Shown here piece by piece: positions 18,689 to 28,623 of a DNA stretch of 32,132 bases (its first letter is position 1; each line of letters opens with the position of its first letter). Below the pieces are notes generated by a model. It worked only from the letters and a program-made list of their open reading frames with translations, was not told the DNA's origin and did not search any database. A program made the translations under genes and the position numbers. Source of the stretch: an uncultured Granulicatella sp. (lineage in GTDB: Bacteria > Bacillota > Bacilli > Lactobacillales > Aerococcaceae); assembly GCA_947254045.1 (NCBI GenBank), contig CAMYBO010000001.1, forward strand, positions 1 through 32,132. The letters run 5' to 3'.

Positions 18689-19704
18689 CAAAAGAAGTCG
18701 TTATTTTAGCAATAGAAAGTAGCTGTGATGAAACGAGTGCAGCAGTTGTTGTCAATGGTCGAACGTTATTATCAAATATTGTCGCTTCTCAAATCAAAAG
18801 TCATATGCGATTTGGAGGAGTTGTACCAGAAATTGCCAGTCGCCACCATGTAGAACAAATTACGCAAGTAATAGAAGAAGCATTAGTACAATCTGGCAAA
18901 ACAATGGAAGAAATTGATGCAGTAGCGGTAACGATTGGACCAGGATTAGTCGGAGCTTTACTCATTGGAATTTCAGCTGCAAAAGCAGTAGCCTTAGCAG
19001 CGAATAAACCATTAATTGCTGTTAACCATATGGCAGGACATATTTATGCAAACCAATTAATGGAACCTTTACAATTTCCATTAATGGCATTAGTGGTGAG
19101 TGGTGGACATACAGAGTTAGTGTATATGCCACGGGATGGACAGTTTGAAATTATCGGGGAAACTCGAGATGATGCAGCTGGAGAAGCCTATGATAAGATT
19201 GGAAGAATTCTAAATTTACCTTATCCAGGTGGTAAGAAAATGGATGAATTAGCGCATATTGGAGAAGATGTGTATGATTTTCCAAGAGCGATGATTCATG
19301 AAGAACATTATGACTTTAGTTTTAGTGGATTAAAGTCAGCGGTTATTAATCGTATTCATAATGCGAAACAAAAAGGTGAAGAAATTGTGCCAGAAAATGT
19401 TGCGGCAAGTTTCCAAGCAAGTGTTGTAGAAGTGTTAGTCGAAAAAAGTAAACGTGCACTAGAAGAATATCCTGTGAAACAATTTGTATTAGCAGGAGGA
19501 GTCGCAGCAAACCGTGGACTTAGAACAGGATTACAAGAGATGATGCAAAGTCATTATCCAACGGTGACCTTCTCCATTCCGCCAATGAATTTATGTGGCG
19601 ATAATGCTGCAATGATTGGTGCAGCTGCATATTCAAAATGGTTAGAACAAGATTTTGCAGCGATGGATGTGAATGCAATGCCTGGTTTAGAACTAGGGGA
19701 TTAA
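18685..19704 (+). CDS. tsaD: tRNA N6-threonylcarbamoyltransferase TsaD
   Basis: [29 protein letters not shown] and CGDNAAMI. Confidence 0.96.
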   Translation: MTKEVVILAIESSCDETSAAVVVNGRTLLSNIVASQIKSHMRFGGVVPEIASRHHVEQITQVIEEALVQSGKTMEEIDAVAVTIGPGLVGALLIGISAAKAVALAANKPLIAVNHMAGHIYANQLMEPLQFPLMALVVSGGHTELVYMPRDGQFEIIGETRDDAAGEAYDKIGRILNLPYPGGKKMDELAHIGEDVYDFPRAMIHEEHYDFSFSGLKSAVINRIHNAKQKGEEIVPENVAASFQASVVEVLVEKSKRALEEYPVKQFVLAGGVAANRGLRTGLQEMMQSHYPTVTFSIPPMNLCGDNAAMIGAAAYSKWLEQDFAAMDVNAMPGLELGD

Positions 19705-19760
19705 GGAGAGTTAGGTTGAACATTTACACTAAGAAAATTCAATTCACCTAATAAAAATAG

Positions 19761-19789
19761 TTGCAATCTATGTCCAAGCATGCTAATAT
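19761..19789 (+). promoter_or_regulatory. Sigma-A promoter of rpmE2
   Basis: TTGCAA-N17-TAATAT with extended TG. Confidence 0.7.
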
Positions 19790-19821
19790 ACTTGTGTTGC
19801 TTTATGCATAAAAATAAATAA

Positions 19822-19846
19822 CTCTGGATTAGGCAATAATTCAGGG
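19822..19846 (+). promoter_or_regulatory. Hairpin in the L31 5' UTR (possible ribosomal-protein leader)
   Basis: CTCTGGATT/AATTCAGGG stem immediately before the AGGAGG RBS. Confidence 0.45.
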
Positions 19847-19861
19847 CAGGAGGAATAGAAA

Positions 19862-20107
19862 ATGAAACAAGGAATTCACCCAGAATATCGTCCAGTTGTT
19901 TTCATGGATACAACTACTGGATTCAAATTCTTATCAGGTTCAACAAAATCTTCAAACGAAACTGTACAATGGGAAGATGGTAACGAATACCCATTATTAC
20001 GTGTTGAGATCACTTCAGATTCTCACCCATTCTATACAGGTCGTCAAAAATTCACACAAGCAGACGGACGTGTGGATCGTTTCAACAAAAAATACGGTCT
20101 CAAATAA
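19862..20107 (+). CDS. rpmE2: 50S ribosomal protein L31 type B (no Zn cysteines)
   Basis: [18 protein letters not shown] and [10 protein letters not shown]. Confidence 0.96.
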   Translation: MKQGIHPEYRPVVFMDTTTGFKFLSGSTKSSNETVQWEDGNEYPLLRVEITSDSHPFYTGRQKFTQADGRVDRFNKKYGLK

Positions 20108-20119
20108 GAAGACAATTAA

Positions 20120-20153
20120 CAAACCTTTCTCGATTTCGAGAAAGGTTTTTTTT
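20120..20153 (+). terminator. Intrinsic terminator
   Basis: AAACCTTTCTCGA-TT-TCGAGAAAGGTTTTTTTT. Confidence 0.85.
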
Positions 20154-20155
20154 GC

Positions 20156-20451
20156 ATGCAAAAAGTGGATAAATTATTAGACTTTGACGAGATTTTATCA
20201 CTAGCTTATGATTTCATACAAGACCTAATGAAAGCTCATAAAAAACGAGATTTTAATGGATTTATGGCATGCTTAAAAGATATCCCAAATATGAATTTAA
20301 TAAAAAATTCAAAGTGTTTAAAAAGTTTGAAAATGGAGTTAAAGCAGCATTTGAATTACTATACTCTAACGGTGTTATTGAGGGGACAAATAATTTAATT
20401 AAACGAGTGGCGTATGGGTATCGTAACGTCGAATTTATGAATATTGTATGA
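20156..20451 (+). mobile_element. ISL3-family transposase C-terminal remnant (frameshifted)
   Basis: Two overlapping short frames. YSNGVIEGTNNLIKRVAYGYRN matches the ISL3 C-terminal SNG..EG.NN.IK..KR.A.G.RN motif. Confidence 0.8.
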
Positions 20452-20570
20452 ATTATTTATAAAAAAAATAAATGCTCCGAGATTCATCCGTAAAAGAAGA
20501 GGTACTTATGATAAGATGAAATTAAGTATTAAAAATAATACTTTAGTTATTTTGGAAAGGGGTTTGTAAA

Positions 20571-21629
20571 ATGAAAAAGAAAACGATAATAGCAGGAGCT
20601 GCATTACTAGGAACTGTGGGGACAGTAACAAGAATATCTCATGAAGTAGAAGCAGAAGAAGTTTTGAAATCTGTTGTAGAAAATAGTGTATCAACTAAAG
20701 AGCAATTAGAGTCTGATATTGTAAAAACTGAAAAATATGTTCAGGATTTGACAAAACAGACGGAAGAAGCGGATAAACAAGTAAAAAAAGTGCAATCTGA
20801 AAAAACTTTAAAAGAAGCTGAAGTGAATAAAACGAAAGAAGAAGTAAACCGTGTTGAAAAGGTTGAAAAAGATCTTCCTAATAAGAAAAATGAACAAGCA
20901 ATTGCGACATTAAATGATTTGAAGTCAAAATTAGTTCAAGAACAAACAGCATTAACAAAATTAGAAGCCGATTTACAAAATAAACAACAAGATGCACGTG
21001 AAAAACACGAAGGATTAAAGAAAGTTTCTGAAAAGTTGAATGATTTGAAAGAGAAATTAGCTAATTTGAATCGTGTGGATGATATCGTTGATAAGCCTGC
21101 TCAAGACGTAGAAAAAGTTGTGGAAACAGAAAAAACTTCTAAACCATCAACTTGGGTTAAAAATGATAAAGGCGAATGGACATATATTGTAGACGATAAA
21201 GGAACGAAAGCTACAGGTTGGATACAAGATAATGGAACATGGTATCACTTAAATGATTCAGGAACAATGCAAACAGGTTGGATACAAGACAAAGGTACAT
21301 GGTATTATTTAAACCATTCAGGCTCAATGCAAACAGGCTGGGTTCAAGATAATGGAACATGGTATTATTTAAATCCTACAGGTTCAATGCAAATAGGTTG
21401 GGTTCAAGCTAATGGTGCATGGTACTATTTAAGTCGTTCAGGCTCAATGCAAACAGGTTGGGTACAAACTAATGGAACATGGTACTACTTAAGTGGAACA
21501 GGCTCAATGCAGACATGTTGGTTTGAAGTAAATGGTAAATGGTACTATGCAGATAAGTCTGGAGCTTTGTTAACGAATACAACAACACCAGATGGTTATC
21601 AAGTTAATGAAGATGGCGAATGGGTGTAA
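20571..21629 (+). CDS. Secreted coiled-coil choline-binding (cell-wall-binding repeat) surface protein
   Basis: Signal peptide, K/E-rich coiled coil, ~6 TGWxQxNGTWYYLxxSGSMQ repeats, and terminal NTTTPDGYQVNEDGEWV. Confidence 0.88.
   Translation: MKKKTIIAGAALLGTVGTVTRISHEVEAEEVLKSVVENSVSTKEQLESDIVKTEKYVQDLTKQTEEADKQVKKVQSEKTLKEAEVNKTKEEVNRVEKVEKDLPNKKNEQAIATLNDLKSKLVQEQTALTKLEADLQNKQQDAREKHEGLKKVSEKLNDLKEKLANLNRVDDIVDKPAQDVEKVVETEKTSKPSTWVKNDKGEWTYIVDDKGTKATGWIQDNGTWYHLNDSGTMQTGWIQDKGTWYYLNHSGSMQTGWVQDNGTWYYLNPTGSMQIGWVQANGAWYYLSRSGSMQTGWVQTNGTWYYLSGTGSMQTCWFEVNGKWYYADKSGALLTNTTTPDGYQVNEDGEWV
21211..21570 (+). repeat. 60-bp tandem repeats encoding choline-binding repeats
   Basis: ACAGGTTGG...AATGG..CATGGTA.TA.TT recurs every 60 bp, about 6 times. 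Confidence 0.9.
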
Positions 21630-21679
21630 TTACAAAAAATGAAAATTTTTAGTAATATAAGTACTAAAGATTATTCGAT

Positions 21680-21717
21680 AAATCCTGTTGGTGAGAAAAC
21701 ACCGACAGGATTTTTTT
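21680..21717 (+). terminator. Intrinsic terminator
   Basis: AATCCTGTTGGTG-AGAAAA-CACCGACAGGATTTTTTT. Confidence 0.85.
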
Positions 21718-21833
21718 CGTGTAAATAATTCAAACGTTCATTACAAACGTCAAATTTAATTCACTCCTTTAAATTTTAGCTTAATTATGGTAATATAAAA
21801 AAGCAGAATCTCTATAAAAGATAGGAGATTTAT

Positions 21834-22067
21834 ATGACGGAATATATTCAGATCGTACGGTTAATGCTGACATTAGGGATGATTGTTATTGCCTATTGGT
21901 CTCTTCAATGCATTAATTTAGAAAAAATTATATTAAAAAATCGAATTGAACAAGCTAGACTATTTATCATGTTAGTCGCACTATTTTTAGGAGTAGGAGC
22001 GGCTAATGCCATTTTCACGATATCAGACACAATTAATTCAATTGTTCAATTCATTACGAGTAAGTAA
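21834..22067 (+). CDS. Small membrane protein, DUF1146/YwzB-like
   Basis: IAYWSLQ...[10 protein letters not shown] with two TM segments, in the conserved position before murA. Confidence 0.75.
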   Translation: MTEYIQIVRLMLTLGMIVIAYWSLQCINLEKIILKNRIEQARLFIMLVALFLGVGAANAIFTISDTINSIVQFITSK

Positions 22068-22084
22068 CCTTGGAGGTTTGTAAC

Positions 22085-23398
22085 ATGGAAAAGATGATTG
22101 TACAAGGTGGTACACGTCTAAATGGAACAGTAAAAGTAGAGGGAGCAAAAAATGCTGTGCTTCCAATTTTAGCAGCAAGTATTTTAGCAGAGTATGGAGT
22201 AACACATTTAACAAATGTACCGAATTTATCGGATGTTCATGTAATGCTAGCAGTATTAAATAGTTTAAATGTCACAAGTACATTTGATGAAGAAGAAAAA
22301 GCAATTACGTTGAATGCTACAAAAAATATTCAAACAACGGCAGCGTTTGAATTTGTAAGTAAGATGCGTGCGTCAATTGTTGTAATGGGGCCGCTTTTAG
22401 CAAGATTTGGTCATGCTCGTGTTGCAATGCCAGGTGGATGTGCGATTGGGACTCGTCCGATTGATTTGCACTTAAAAGGGTTTGAAGCAATGGGGGCAAC
22501 CGTTACCCAAGCAGATGGCTATGTAGAAGCACATGCGGAACAATTAGTGGGTGCAAGAATTTATATGGATTTCCCATCAGTTGGAGCGACTCAAAACTTA
22601 ATGATGGCAGCTACTCTAGCAAAAGGAACGACTTTATTAGAAAATGTTGCAAGAGAGCCTGAAATTGTCGATTTAGCAAACATTTTAAATAAAATGGGTG
22701 CTAAAATTATTGGTGCAGGTACAGCCAACATTCGTATCGAAGGTGTAGACCACTTAGAAGGAACAATTCACTCCATTATCCCTGATAGAATTGAAGCAGG
22801 AACATTTATGGTTGCTGCAGCAGTAACAAGGGGAGATGTTTTTGTAGAAGATGCGATTGCAGAACACAATCAACCATTAATTTCTAAACTATCTGAAATG
22901 GGTGTTCAGTTCATTGAAGAAGAGAATGGAATTCGAGTGATTGGACCAGAAACATTAAAACCAACAGATGTGAAGACATTACCACATCCAGGATTCCCAA
23001 CAGATATGCAAGCACAAATGACAATTGTTCAGCTGCTAGCTTCAGGTGTAAGTACAATGACAGAAACAGTATTCGAAAATCGTTTCAATCATTTAGAAGA
23101 ATTACGCCGTATGAATGCGCAATTCATGATTGAAGGTAGAACTGCAGTAATGAATCAAGAGTCACAATTACAAGGTGCACAAGTGAAAGCGACAGACTTA
23201 CGTGCAGCAGCTGCTTTAATTATTGCGGGTATGGTGGCAAAAGGATACACACGTGTCACTGAGTTAAAATACTTAGATCGTGGATATTATCAATTCCATC
23301 ATAAACTACGTGCATTAGGAGCAAATATTGAACGTGTTCATGAAGATGAAGCTACACCGTTCACACAAGTAGAATTAGAAAAAATGTTAAATCATTAA
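22085..23398 (+). CDS. murA: UDP-N-acetylglucosamine 1-carboxyvinyltransferase
   Basis: [27 protein letters not shown] and TDLRA. Confidence 0.96.
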   Translation: MEKMIVQGGTRLNGTVKVEGAKNAVLPILAASILAEYGVTHLTNVPNLSDVHVMLAVLNSLNVTSTFDEEEKAITLNATKNIQTTAAFEFVSKMRASIVVMGPLLARFGHARVAMPGGCAIGTRPIDLHLKGFEAMGATVTQADGYVEAHAEQLVGARIYMDFPSVGATQNLMMAATLAKGTTLLENVAREPEIVDLANILNKMGAKIIGAGTANIRIEGVDHLEGTIHSIIPDRIEAGTFMVAAAVTRGDVFVEDAIAEHNQPLISKLSEMGVQFIEEENGIRVIGPETLKPTDVKTLPHPGFPTDMQAQMTIVQLLASGVSTMTETVFENRFNHLEELRRMNAQFMIEGRTAVMNQESQLQGAQVKATDLRAAAALIIAGMVAKGYTRVTELKYLDRGYYQFHHKLRALGANIERVHEDEATPFTQVELEKMLNH

Positions 23399-23466
23399 GA
23401 AAAATTAGCCGAATGATTCGTATAAGAATGGTCGGCTAATTTTCATTTTATGGTACAAGCTTTTGC

Positions 23467-23495
23467 TTGACTTAGTTAGAAATCTCTGTTAAACT
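23467..23495 (+). promoter_or_regulatory. Sigma-A promoter of the rplU operon
   Basis: TTGACT-N17-TAAACT with extended TG. Confidence 0.7.
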
Positions 23496-23504
23496 ATTCA
23501 TGTT

Positions 23505-23590
23505 GTAATTGTGAAGCACCACAGCTACAACCGCTCGGATTAGAGTACAAAAGACCGGAATCGGCACTTTAAACTGGCGAGTCTTAGTCT
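23505..23590 (+). promoter_or_regulatory. L21 leader
   Basis: GCACCACAGCTACAACCGC...CTGGCGAGTCT in the rplU 5' UTR resembles the Firmicutes L21 leader. Confidence 0.7.
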
Positions 23591-23609
23591 AAAATATAGG
23601 AGGTGCAAT

Positions 23610-23918
23610 ATGTACGCAATCGTAAAAACTGGTGGTAAACAAGTTAAAGTTGAAGTTGGTCAAGCAATCTACGTTGAAAAATTAAACGCAGAAGCTGGCG
23701 ACAAAGTGACTTTCGAAGAAGTAGTATTTGTAGGTGGAGAAAACGTTAAAGTTGGTGCTCCATTCGTAGCAGGTGCAACTGTTGAAGGAACTGTTGAAAA
23801 ACAAGGCCGTCAAAAGAAAGTTGTAACTTTCAAATACAAACGTCGTAAAGACTCTCACCGTAAACAAGGTCACCGTCAACCTTATACAAAAGTTGTGATT
23901 AACGCAATCAACGCTTAA
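23610..23918 (+). CDS. rplU: 50S ribosomal protein L21
   Basis: [11 protein letters not shown]...GHRQPYT. Confidence 0.98.
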   Translation: MYAIVKTGGKQVKVEVGQAIYVEKLNAEAGDKVTFEEVVFVGGENVKVGAPFVAGATVEGTVEKQGRQKKVVTFKYKRRKDSHRKQGHRQPYTKVVINAINA

Positions 23919-23926
23919 TTTTGACG

Positions 23927-24259
23927 ATGATACAAGTAACGTTTCATAAAAGAGACCACGAATTAGTTTCTTTTGAAATGACAGGACATGCAGGTTTTAG
24001 CGAGCATGGAAGTGATATTGTTTGTGCAGGCGTTTCTGCATTAGCGATTACGACTGTCAATAGTATCGAGAAACTAGCAGGCTATCAACCGATTGTTGAT
24101 GTTGATGAAGTCGAAGGTGGGTATTTATATGTCGAAGTTGTACGAGATGTAACGAAAGTTCAAGCTCACACAACACAAATTTTATTAAATAGTCTATTAC
24201 TAGGGTTAGAAGGAATTCAAGAAGAATATCCTAACTATCTAACCGTTCAAGTTGATTAA
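23927..24259 (+). CDS. prp: Ribosomal-processing cysteine protease Prp
   Basis: [18 protein letters not shown], located between rplU and rpmA. Confidence 0.93.
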   Translation: MIQVTFHKRDHELVSFEMTGHAGFSEHGSDIVCAGVSALAITTVNSIEKLAGYQPIVDVDEVEGGYLYVEVVRDVTKVQAHTTQILLNSLLLGLEGIQEEYPNYLTVQVD

Positions 24260-24281
24260 CCTATCAAGGAGGTGCACTCTC

Positions 24282-24572
24282 ATGTTAAAAGTGAATTTAC
24301 AATTATTCGCCCACAAAAAAGGGGGCGGTTCTACATCAAACGGACGTGACTCAGAGTCTAAACGTTTAGGTGCTAAACGTGCTGATGGACAATTTGTTAC
24401 AGGTGGTTCAATTTTATTCCGCCAACGTGGAACTAAAATCCATCCAGGTCACAATGTAGGAATCGGTGGAGATGACACATTATTCGCTAAAGTTGATGGC
24501 GTAGTACGTTTCGAACGTAAAGGCCGTGACAAAAAACAAGTATCTGTTTACCCAGTAGCAGCTGCTGAATAA
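24282..24572 (+). CDS. rpmA: 50S ribosomal protein L27 with Prp-cleaved N-terminal extension
   Basis: [24 protein letters not shown]. Confidence 0.98.
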   Translation: MLKVNLQLFAHKKGGGSTSNGRDSESKRLGAKRADGQFVTGGSILFRQRGTKIHPGHNVGIGGDDTLFAKVDGVVRFERKGRDKKQVSVYPVAAAE

Positions 24573-24636
24573 TATGGAATTTGCGGAGGCAGGACTTTGT
24601 CCTGTCTCTTATTTTTTATCTGAAAGGAGGAATTTG

Positions 24637-25644
24637 ATGGAACAGGAAAATAAAGAAATTCATAGTTTTGAAAAATTATGGGAGGCTGTTCAAGTACTCC
24701 AAAAAGCGATAGAGTATTCGTATGTAGAGGCATTAGGGGAAACATTGCAAAATATTGCTTCAGAAAATCAAGCTCAACAAGTAGAAGGACAACCAGATGC
24801 AGCAACGCTTGAACAATTAAATGCAGCTTATCAAGAACTAGCGTTACAAAACTTTTCAAAAGAACAAATTCGTCGCATGATTCAATATACTTTCTTAAAA
24901 GCTGCAAAAGAAGATGGCTTACAAACCAATCACCAAATGACCCCTGATTCAATTGGGTTATTAGTAGCCTTTATGGTGGAACGTTTAACAGAGAATAAAG
25001 GAACACTAGTACTAGCTGATTTTGCATGCGGTAGTGGGAATTTATTAAGTACCGTTCAACTTTTTTTACAAGAAAGTGGTAAAACCATTCAAACGACTGC
25101 CATTGATAATGATGAAGTATTAGTTCATTTAGCGTTGCAATCATTTGCCTTGGAAAGTTTGGATGTACGAGTGATGTTGCAAGATGGATTAAGTGATCTA
25201 TTAGTGGATCCAATTGATGTTGCATTATCCGACTTACCAGTAGGTTATTATCCAGTCGATGAACGTGCGAAAGAGTTTAAGACTCACGCAAAAGAAGGGC
25301 ATTCTTATGCACATCATTTATTAATTGAACAACATTTGAATTATTTAAAACCAGGCGGCTTTGGATTGATGATTGTACCAACGAATTTATTTGAAACAGA
25401 AGAAAGCGTGTCATTATTAGAACATTTACAAAAGGAATCGTTTGTTCAAGCAATGCTAGCTTTCCCTAAAACATTATTCAAAAACCAACAATATAGCAAG
25501 TCGTTGCTCATTTTCCAGAAAAAAGGAAAAGGCGCAAAACAAGCACGTCAAGTCTTATTAGGCGATATTCCGGATATGAAAAACATCGATAAGTTCAGAC
25601 AATTTACACAAACCTTTGAAAAATGGGCGAAAGAACTTTCGTAA
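24637..25644 (+). CDS. ytxK: YtxK-like class I SAM-dependent (putative adenine) methyltransferase
   Basis: NHQMTPDSIG, DFACGSGNL, SDLPVGYYP and HSYAHHL, directly upstream of ackA. Confidence 0.85.
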   Translation: MEQENKEIHSFEKLWEAVQVLQKAIEYSYVEALGETLQNIASENQAQQVEGQPDAATLEQLNAAYQELALQNFSKEQIRRMIQYTFLKAAKEDGLQTNHQMTPDSIGLLVAFMVERLTENKGTLVLADFACGSGNLLSTVQLFLQESGKTIQTTAIDNDEVLVHLALQSFALESLDVRVMLQDGLSDLLVDPIDVALSDLPVGYYPVDERAKEFKTHAKEGHSYAHHLLIEQHLNYLKPGGFGLMIVPTNLFETEESVSLLEHLQKESFVQAMLAFPKTLFKNQQYSKSLLIFQKKGKGAKQARQVLLGDIPDMKNIDKFRQFTQTFEKWAKELS

Positions 25645-25845
25645 GAAGTATAGAACTGAAAAGATAAAAGTAGACGTATTTTCTAGAAAAAGAAAGCAGA
25701 ACCAAGGATTTATTATTTCAATCTGTACTTAGTTATGCTAAAATGAATGAGGTGCGAGAAATACTGAAACATGAAACTTTTTTAAAGAAAGATTGTACAG
25801 TGTTTTTCACAAAAGAAGAACATTATCACACAAAGGAGACAGACC

Positions 25846-27036
25846 ATGTCAAAATCAATCGCGATTAATGCCGGAAGTTCAAGCTTGAAATTCCAATTAT
25901 TTAACATGCCTCAAGAAGAAGTTGTGGCAAAAGGATTAGTAGAACGTATTGGATTAGAAAATTCAATCTTCTCAATCAGCTACGGAGATGATCAAAAATA
26001 TGAAGTGGTAGAAGATATTCCAAACCACGAAGTAGCCGTAGAAAAATTATTAGAACAATTAGTAGCATTAAACATTATTGCTTCATTCGATGAAATTACT
26101 GGTGTTGGACACCGTGTAGTTGCTGGGGGAGAAATCTTCAAAGATTCAGCTTTAGTAGATGATACAGTAATCCAACAAGTAGAAGATTTAGCAGAATTTG
26201 CTCCATTACACAACAAAGCAGAAGCTATCGGAATGCGTGCATTCAAACATATCTTACCTGATATTACAAGTGTTGCTGTATTCGATACTTCATTCCATAC
26301 AACAATGCCTAAAAAAGCATACTTATACAGTATTCCATTAGAATACTACAAACAATTCAAAGCACGTAAATACGGAGCACACGGAACTAGCCACCGTTAT
26401 GTTTCACACCGTGCAGCTGAATTATTAGGTAAACCCATTGAAGAATTAAAAATCATTACATGTCACTTAGGAAACGGTGCTTCAATTACAGCCGTTGATG
26501 GTGGTAAATCAGTAGATACATCTATGGGATTCACTCCATTAGCAGGGGTTACAATGGGTACTCGTTCTGGAGACATTGATGCTTCATTAGTAGCATTCTT
26601 AATGAACAAATTAAACATTACAGATATCAATGAAATGGTTGATATTTTAAACAAAAAATCTGGTTTATTAGGATTATCAGGTTTATCAAGCGATATGCGT
26701 GATATTGACAATGCTTCAGCAACGAATGAAGATGCTAAAGTAGCAATGGATATTTTTGTGGATCGTGTTCAAAAATACATTGGACAATACATTGCAGTAA
26801 TGAATGGTGTAGATGCGATTGTATTTACAGCAGGTATCGGTGAAAACTCAATTAAAATCCGTGACTTAATCATCAGCGGAATTACATGGTTCGGATGTGA
26901 TATTGACAAAGAACGTAACAACACTCGTTCAGAAGCAATTATTTCATCAGACAATGCGAAAGTAACAGTATTAAATATTCCAACAAATGAAGAAGTAGAA
27001 ATCGCAAGAGACATCGAACGCTTACGTAAAAAATAA
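25846..27036 (+). CDS. ackA: Acetate kinase
   Basis: [31 protein letters not shown] and IPTNEE. Confidence 0.97.
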   Translation: MSKSIAINAGSSSLKFQLFNMPQEEVVAKGLVERIGLENSIFSISYGDDQKYEVVEDIPNHEVAVEKLLEQLVALNIIASFDEITGVGHRVVAGGEIFKDSALVDDTVIQQVEDLAEFAPLHNKAEAIGMRAFKHILPDITSVAVFDTSFHTTMPKKAYLYSIPLEYYKQFKARKYGAHGTSHRYVSHRAAELLGKPIEELKIITCHLGNGASITAVDGGKSVDTSMGFTPLAGVTMGTRSGDIDASLVAFLMNKLNITDINEMVDILNKKSGLLGLSGLSSDMRDIDNASATNEDAKVAMDIFVDRVQKYIGQYIAVMNGVDAIVFTAGIGENSIKIRDLIISGITWFGCDIDKERNNTRSEAIISSDNAKVTVLNIPTNEEVEIARDIERLRKK

Positions 27037-27086
27037 GATGTGAGAGCAAAGCTCGAACTCAGTTCCAATAATATGCGAGAAAAAGC

Positions 27087-27124
27087 GAAAAGAGGCTTAA
27101 CGGCAACGTTAAGCCTCTTTTTTG
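27087..27124. terminator. Bidirectional intrinsic terminator
   Basis: AAAAGAGGCTTAACG-GCAA-CGTTAAGCCTCTTTTTT. Confidence 0.88.
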
Positions 27125-27154
27125 TAATTACCTATTCCCTACGGTCGTTCATGT

Positions 27155-27823
27155 TTATTCCTCGAAATGTTTCAAGACTTCTTTTTGAGTTTGTGTATCC
27201 AAAGGATATGGAGAGATGCGATTAATTTCTTCCAAATAAATGGGTAGAAGTAATTGATTAATCTGAGTGATGGATAGTTCTGTTGGATGAGAGGAATCAA
27301 TCGCTAGATTTTGTTTGATTTGCTTGGTGGTTTGTAAAAGAGAGTCATAAGATTTTAGAGTTGAAATGGCAGTTGCATATTGATAGGGGAAAATAATTTC
27401 TAGCGATTGATCATAATAAAGATGGATAGTGTTTCCTACTTTTTTATGATGAATGCAATGATGGTAGGCGCACCAGTGATGATGGGGAGTAGAAGTATAG
27501 ACAGGGAAGTATAGGAAGTCTCCGAAACAATAAGGAATCTTTTTATGAATTTTGGAAAAATGTTTTATGATTTTCTTGATTAGAATATAGGAAATAGGAT
27601 AATTAGCTTCTAATAAATGAAATAACTGAGTAGTCGTTTGATGAGTGATATACCATTGTCCATTCTTGGTAATAACAATGCTGTTAAAATCCGTTAGAGG
27701 AATATCGCTGATATCAAGTAATAGAACAGCATCGCTTATAAATTTCGGCAAACGATGCTGAATACAGCGATCTAACAGCTTTGGATCAAAAGGATGATTG
27801 AAATCTATAACGATGTTTGACAT
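27155..27823 (-). CDS. Divergent ComK-family-like putative transcription factor
   Basis: NSIVI...TTTQL...SY...IHKKIPY...LYFP...HWCAYHH parallels the ComK pattern (HKxP...YFFP...W...H). Has an AGGAGG RBS. Recognition by eye only. Confidence 0.55.
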   Translation of the reverse strand: MSNIVIDFNHPFDPKLLDRCIQHRLPKFISDAVLLLDISDIPLTDFNSIVITKNGQWYITHQTTTQLFHLLEANYPISYILIKKIIKHFSKIHKKIPYCFGDFLYFPVYTSTPHHHWCAYHHCIHHKKVGNTIHLYYDQSLEIIFPYQYATAISTLKSYDSLLQTTKQIKQNLAIDSSHPTELSITQINQLLLPIYLEEINRISPYPLDTQTQKEVLKHFEE

Positions 27824-27835
27824 AAGAATTCCTCC

Positions 27836-27849
27836 TGTAAACGTTTTAT
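27836..27849. promoter_or_regulatory. Putative CcpA cre site
   Basis: TGTAAACGTTTTAT differs from TGWAARCGYTWNCW at one position. It sits between the promoter and RBS of the ComK-like gene. Confidence 0.45.
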
Positions 27850-27861
27850 TATTTCAACTAT

Positions 27862-27890
27862 ATTTTATTCCTAATTCATTAAAATTACAA
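27862..27890 (-). promoter_or_regulatory. Sigma-A promoter of the ComK-like gene
   Basis: Minus strand TTGTAA-N17-TAAAAT. Confidence 0.6.
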
Positions 27891-28065
27891 GCAAAAAGTG
27901 AAAAAAGTCGCAAAAATTACAGAAAAATATCTCATTAATAAGAAATTAGGTGGAATAATATCAGTTTATCGATGAAAATGTCAAAAACGATTTTTGCCTT
28001 TCTATACCATTTATTATACAGTTTAAGCAACAAGATCTTGTAAAAACAATAAAGGAGAGAGGAGT

Positions 28066-28623
28066 ATGGAGTATTGGGAAATGCCAGCAGATTGGAGCGA
28101 AGAATATCTTCAAACATTTGAACCAGTTTTATATTCTGTATTAAGAGGTTACCATGTGTCAAATACGAACTCAGAATATCAAGACTTACTTCAGTTAGGA
28201 AGGATTCTAATATTAGAAACATTTCAGAAATTAGGAGGAAATCCTCTGGAAGAACAACGATATATTTACGCTGCTTATATCAAACGAGGGTTTACATGGA
28301 TTTGTTTGCGAGAATTTTCAAAAGAAAATCAGCAAAAGATGCGAGAATGTAGTGATGAGCGTCTGGAGTTTATGTTAGGAAGCAACAATGATATTCAAGG
28401 GCAATTGGAGACGAGTGAAGAATTAGGCAAATTGTACACACTACTAACCCCAAGACAGAAGAAAACACTGGAGTTGTTCCTAGAACAATCAGATTCTATA
28501 AAGGAATTAGCTGAGCTTGAGGGACGCTGTAAGAGTAAATATTATCGGGACAGACAAGCGATTCAAAAGAAATATCAAGCATATATACAAGGAGGAGAGT
28601 CAAATGGTCGAAAAAATCAATGA
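28066..28623 (+). CDS. Alternative sigma-70-family-like factor (regions 2 and 4 only)
   Basis: EYQDLLQLGRILILE resembles region 2.2 (DLxQEG). LTPRQKKTLEL...SIKELAELEG...YYRDRQAIQKK resembles the region 4 HTH. 185 aa. Confidence 0.7.
   Translation: MEYWEMPADWSEEYLQTFEPVLYSVLRGYHVSNTNSEYQDLLQLGRILILETFQKLGGNPLEEQRYIYAAYIKRGFTWICLREFSKENQQKMRECSDERLEFMLGSNNDIQGQLETSEELGKLYTLLTPRQKKTLELFLEQSDSIKELAELEGRCKSKYYRDRQAIQKKYQAYIQGGESNGRKNQ

Noticed and set aside
21211..21570. CRISPR or non-coding tandem array
   Set aside because: The 60-bp units are in-frame coding repeats of the choline-binding domain.
24637..25644. Restriction-modification system
   Set aside because: This is the conserved ytxK-ackA pair with a DLPV-type motif, and no endonuclease or specificity gene is adjacent.
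25745..25812. Riboswitch in the ackA 5' UTR
   Set aside because: One stem (GAGAAATACTG/CAGTGTTTTTC) is visible, but there is no recognisable aptamer or expression platform.
28066..28623. Naming the sigma factor comX or sigH
   Set aside because: Only generic region 2 and region 4 similarity is visible, so orthology cannot be supported without a search.
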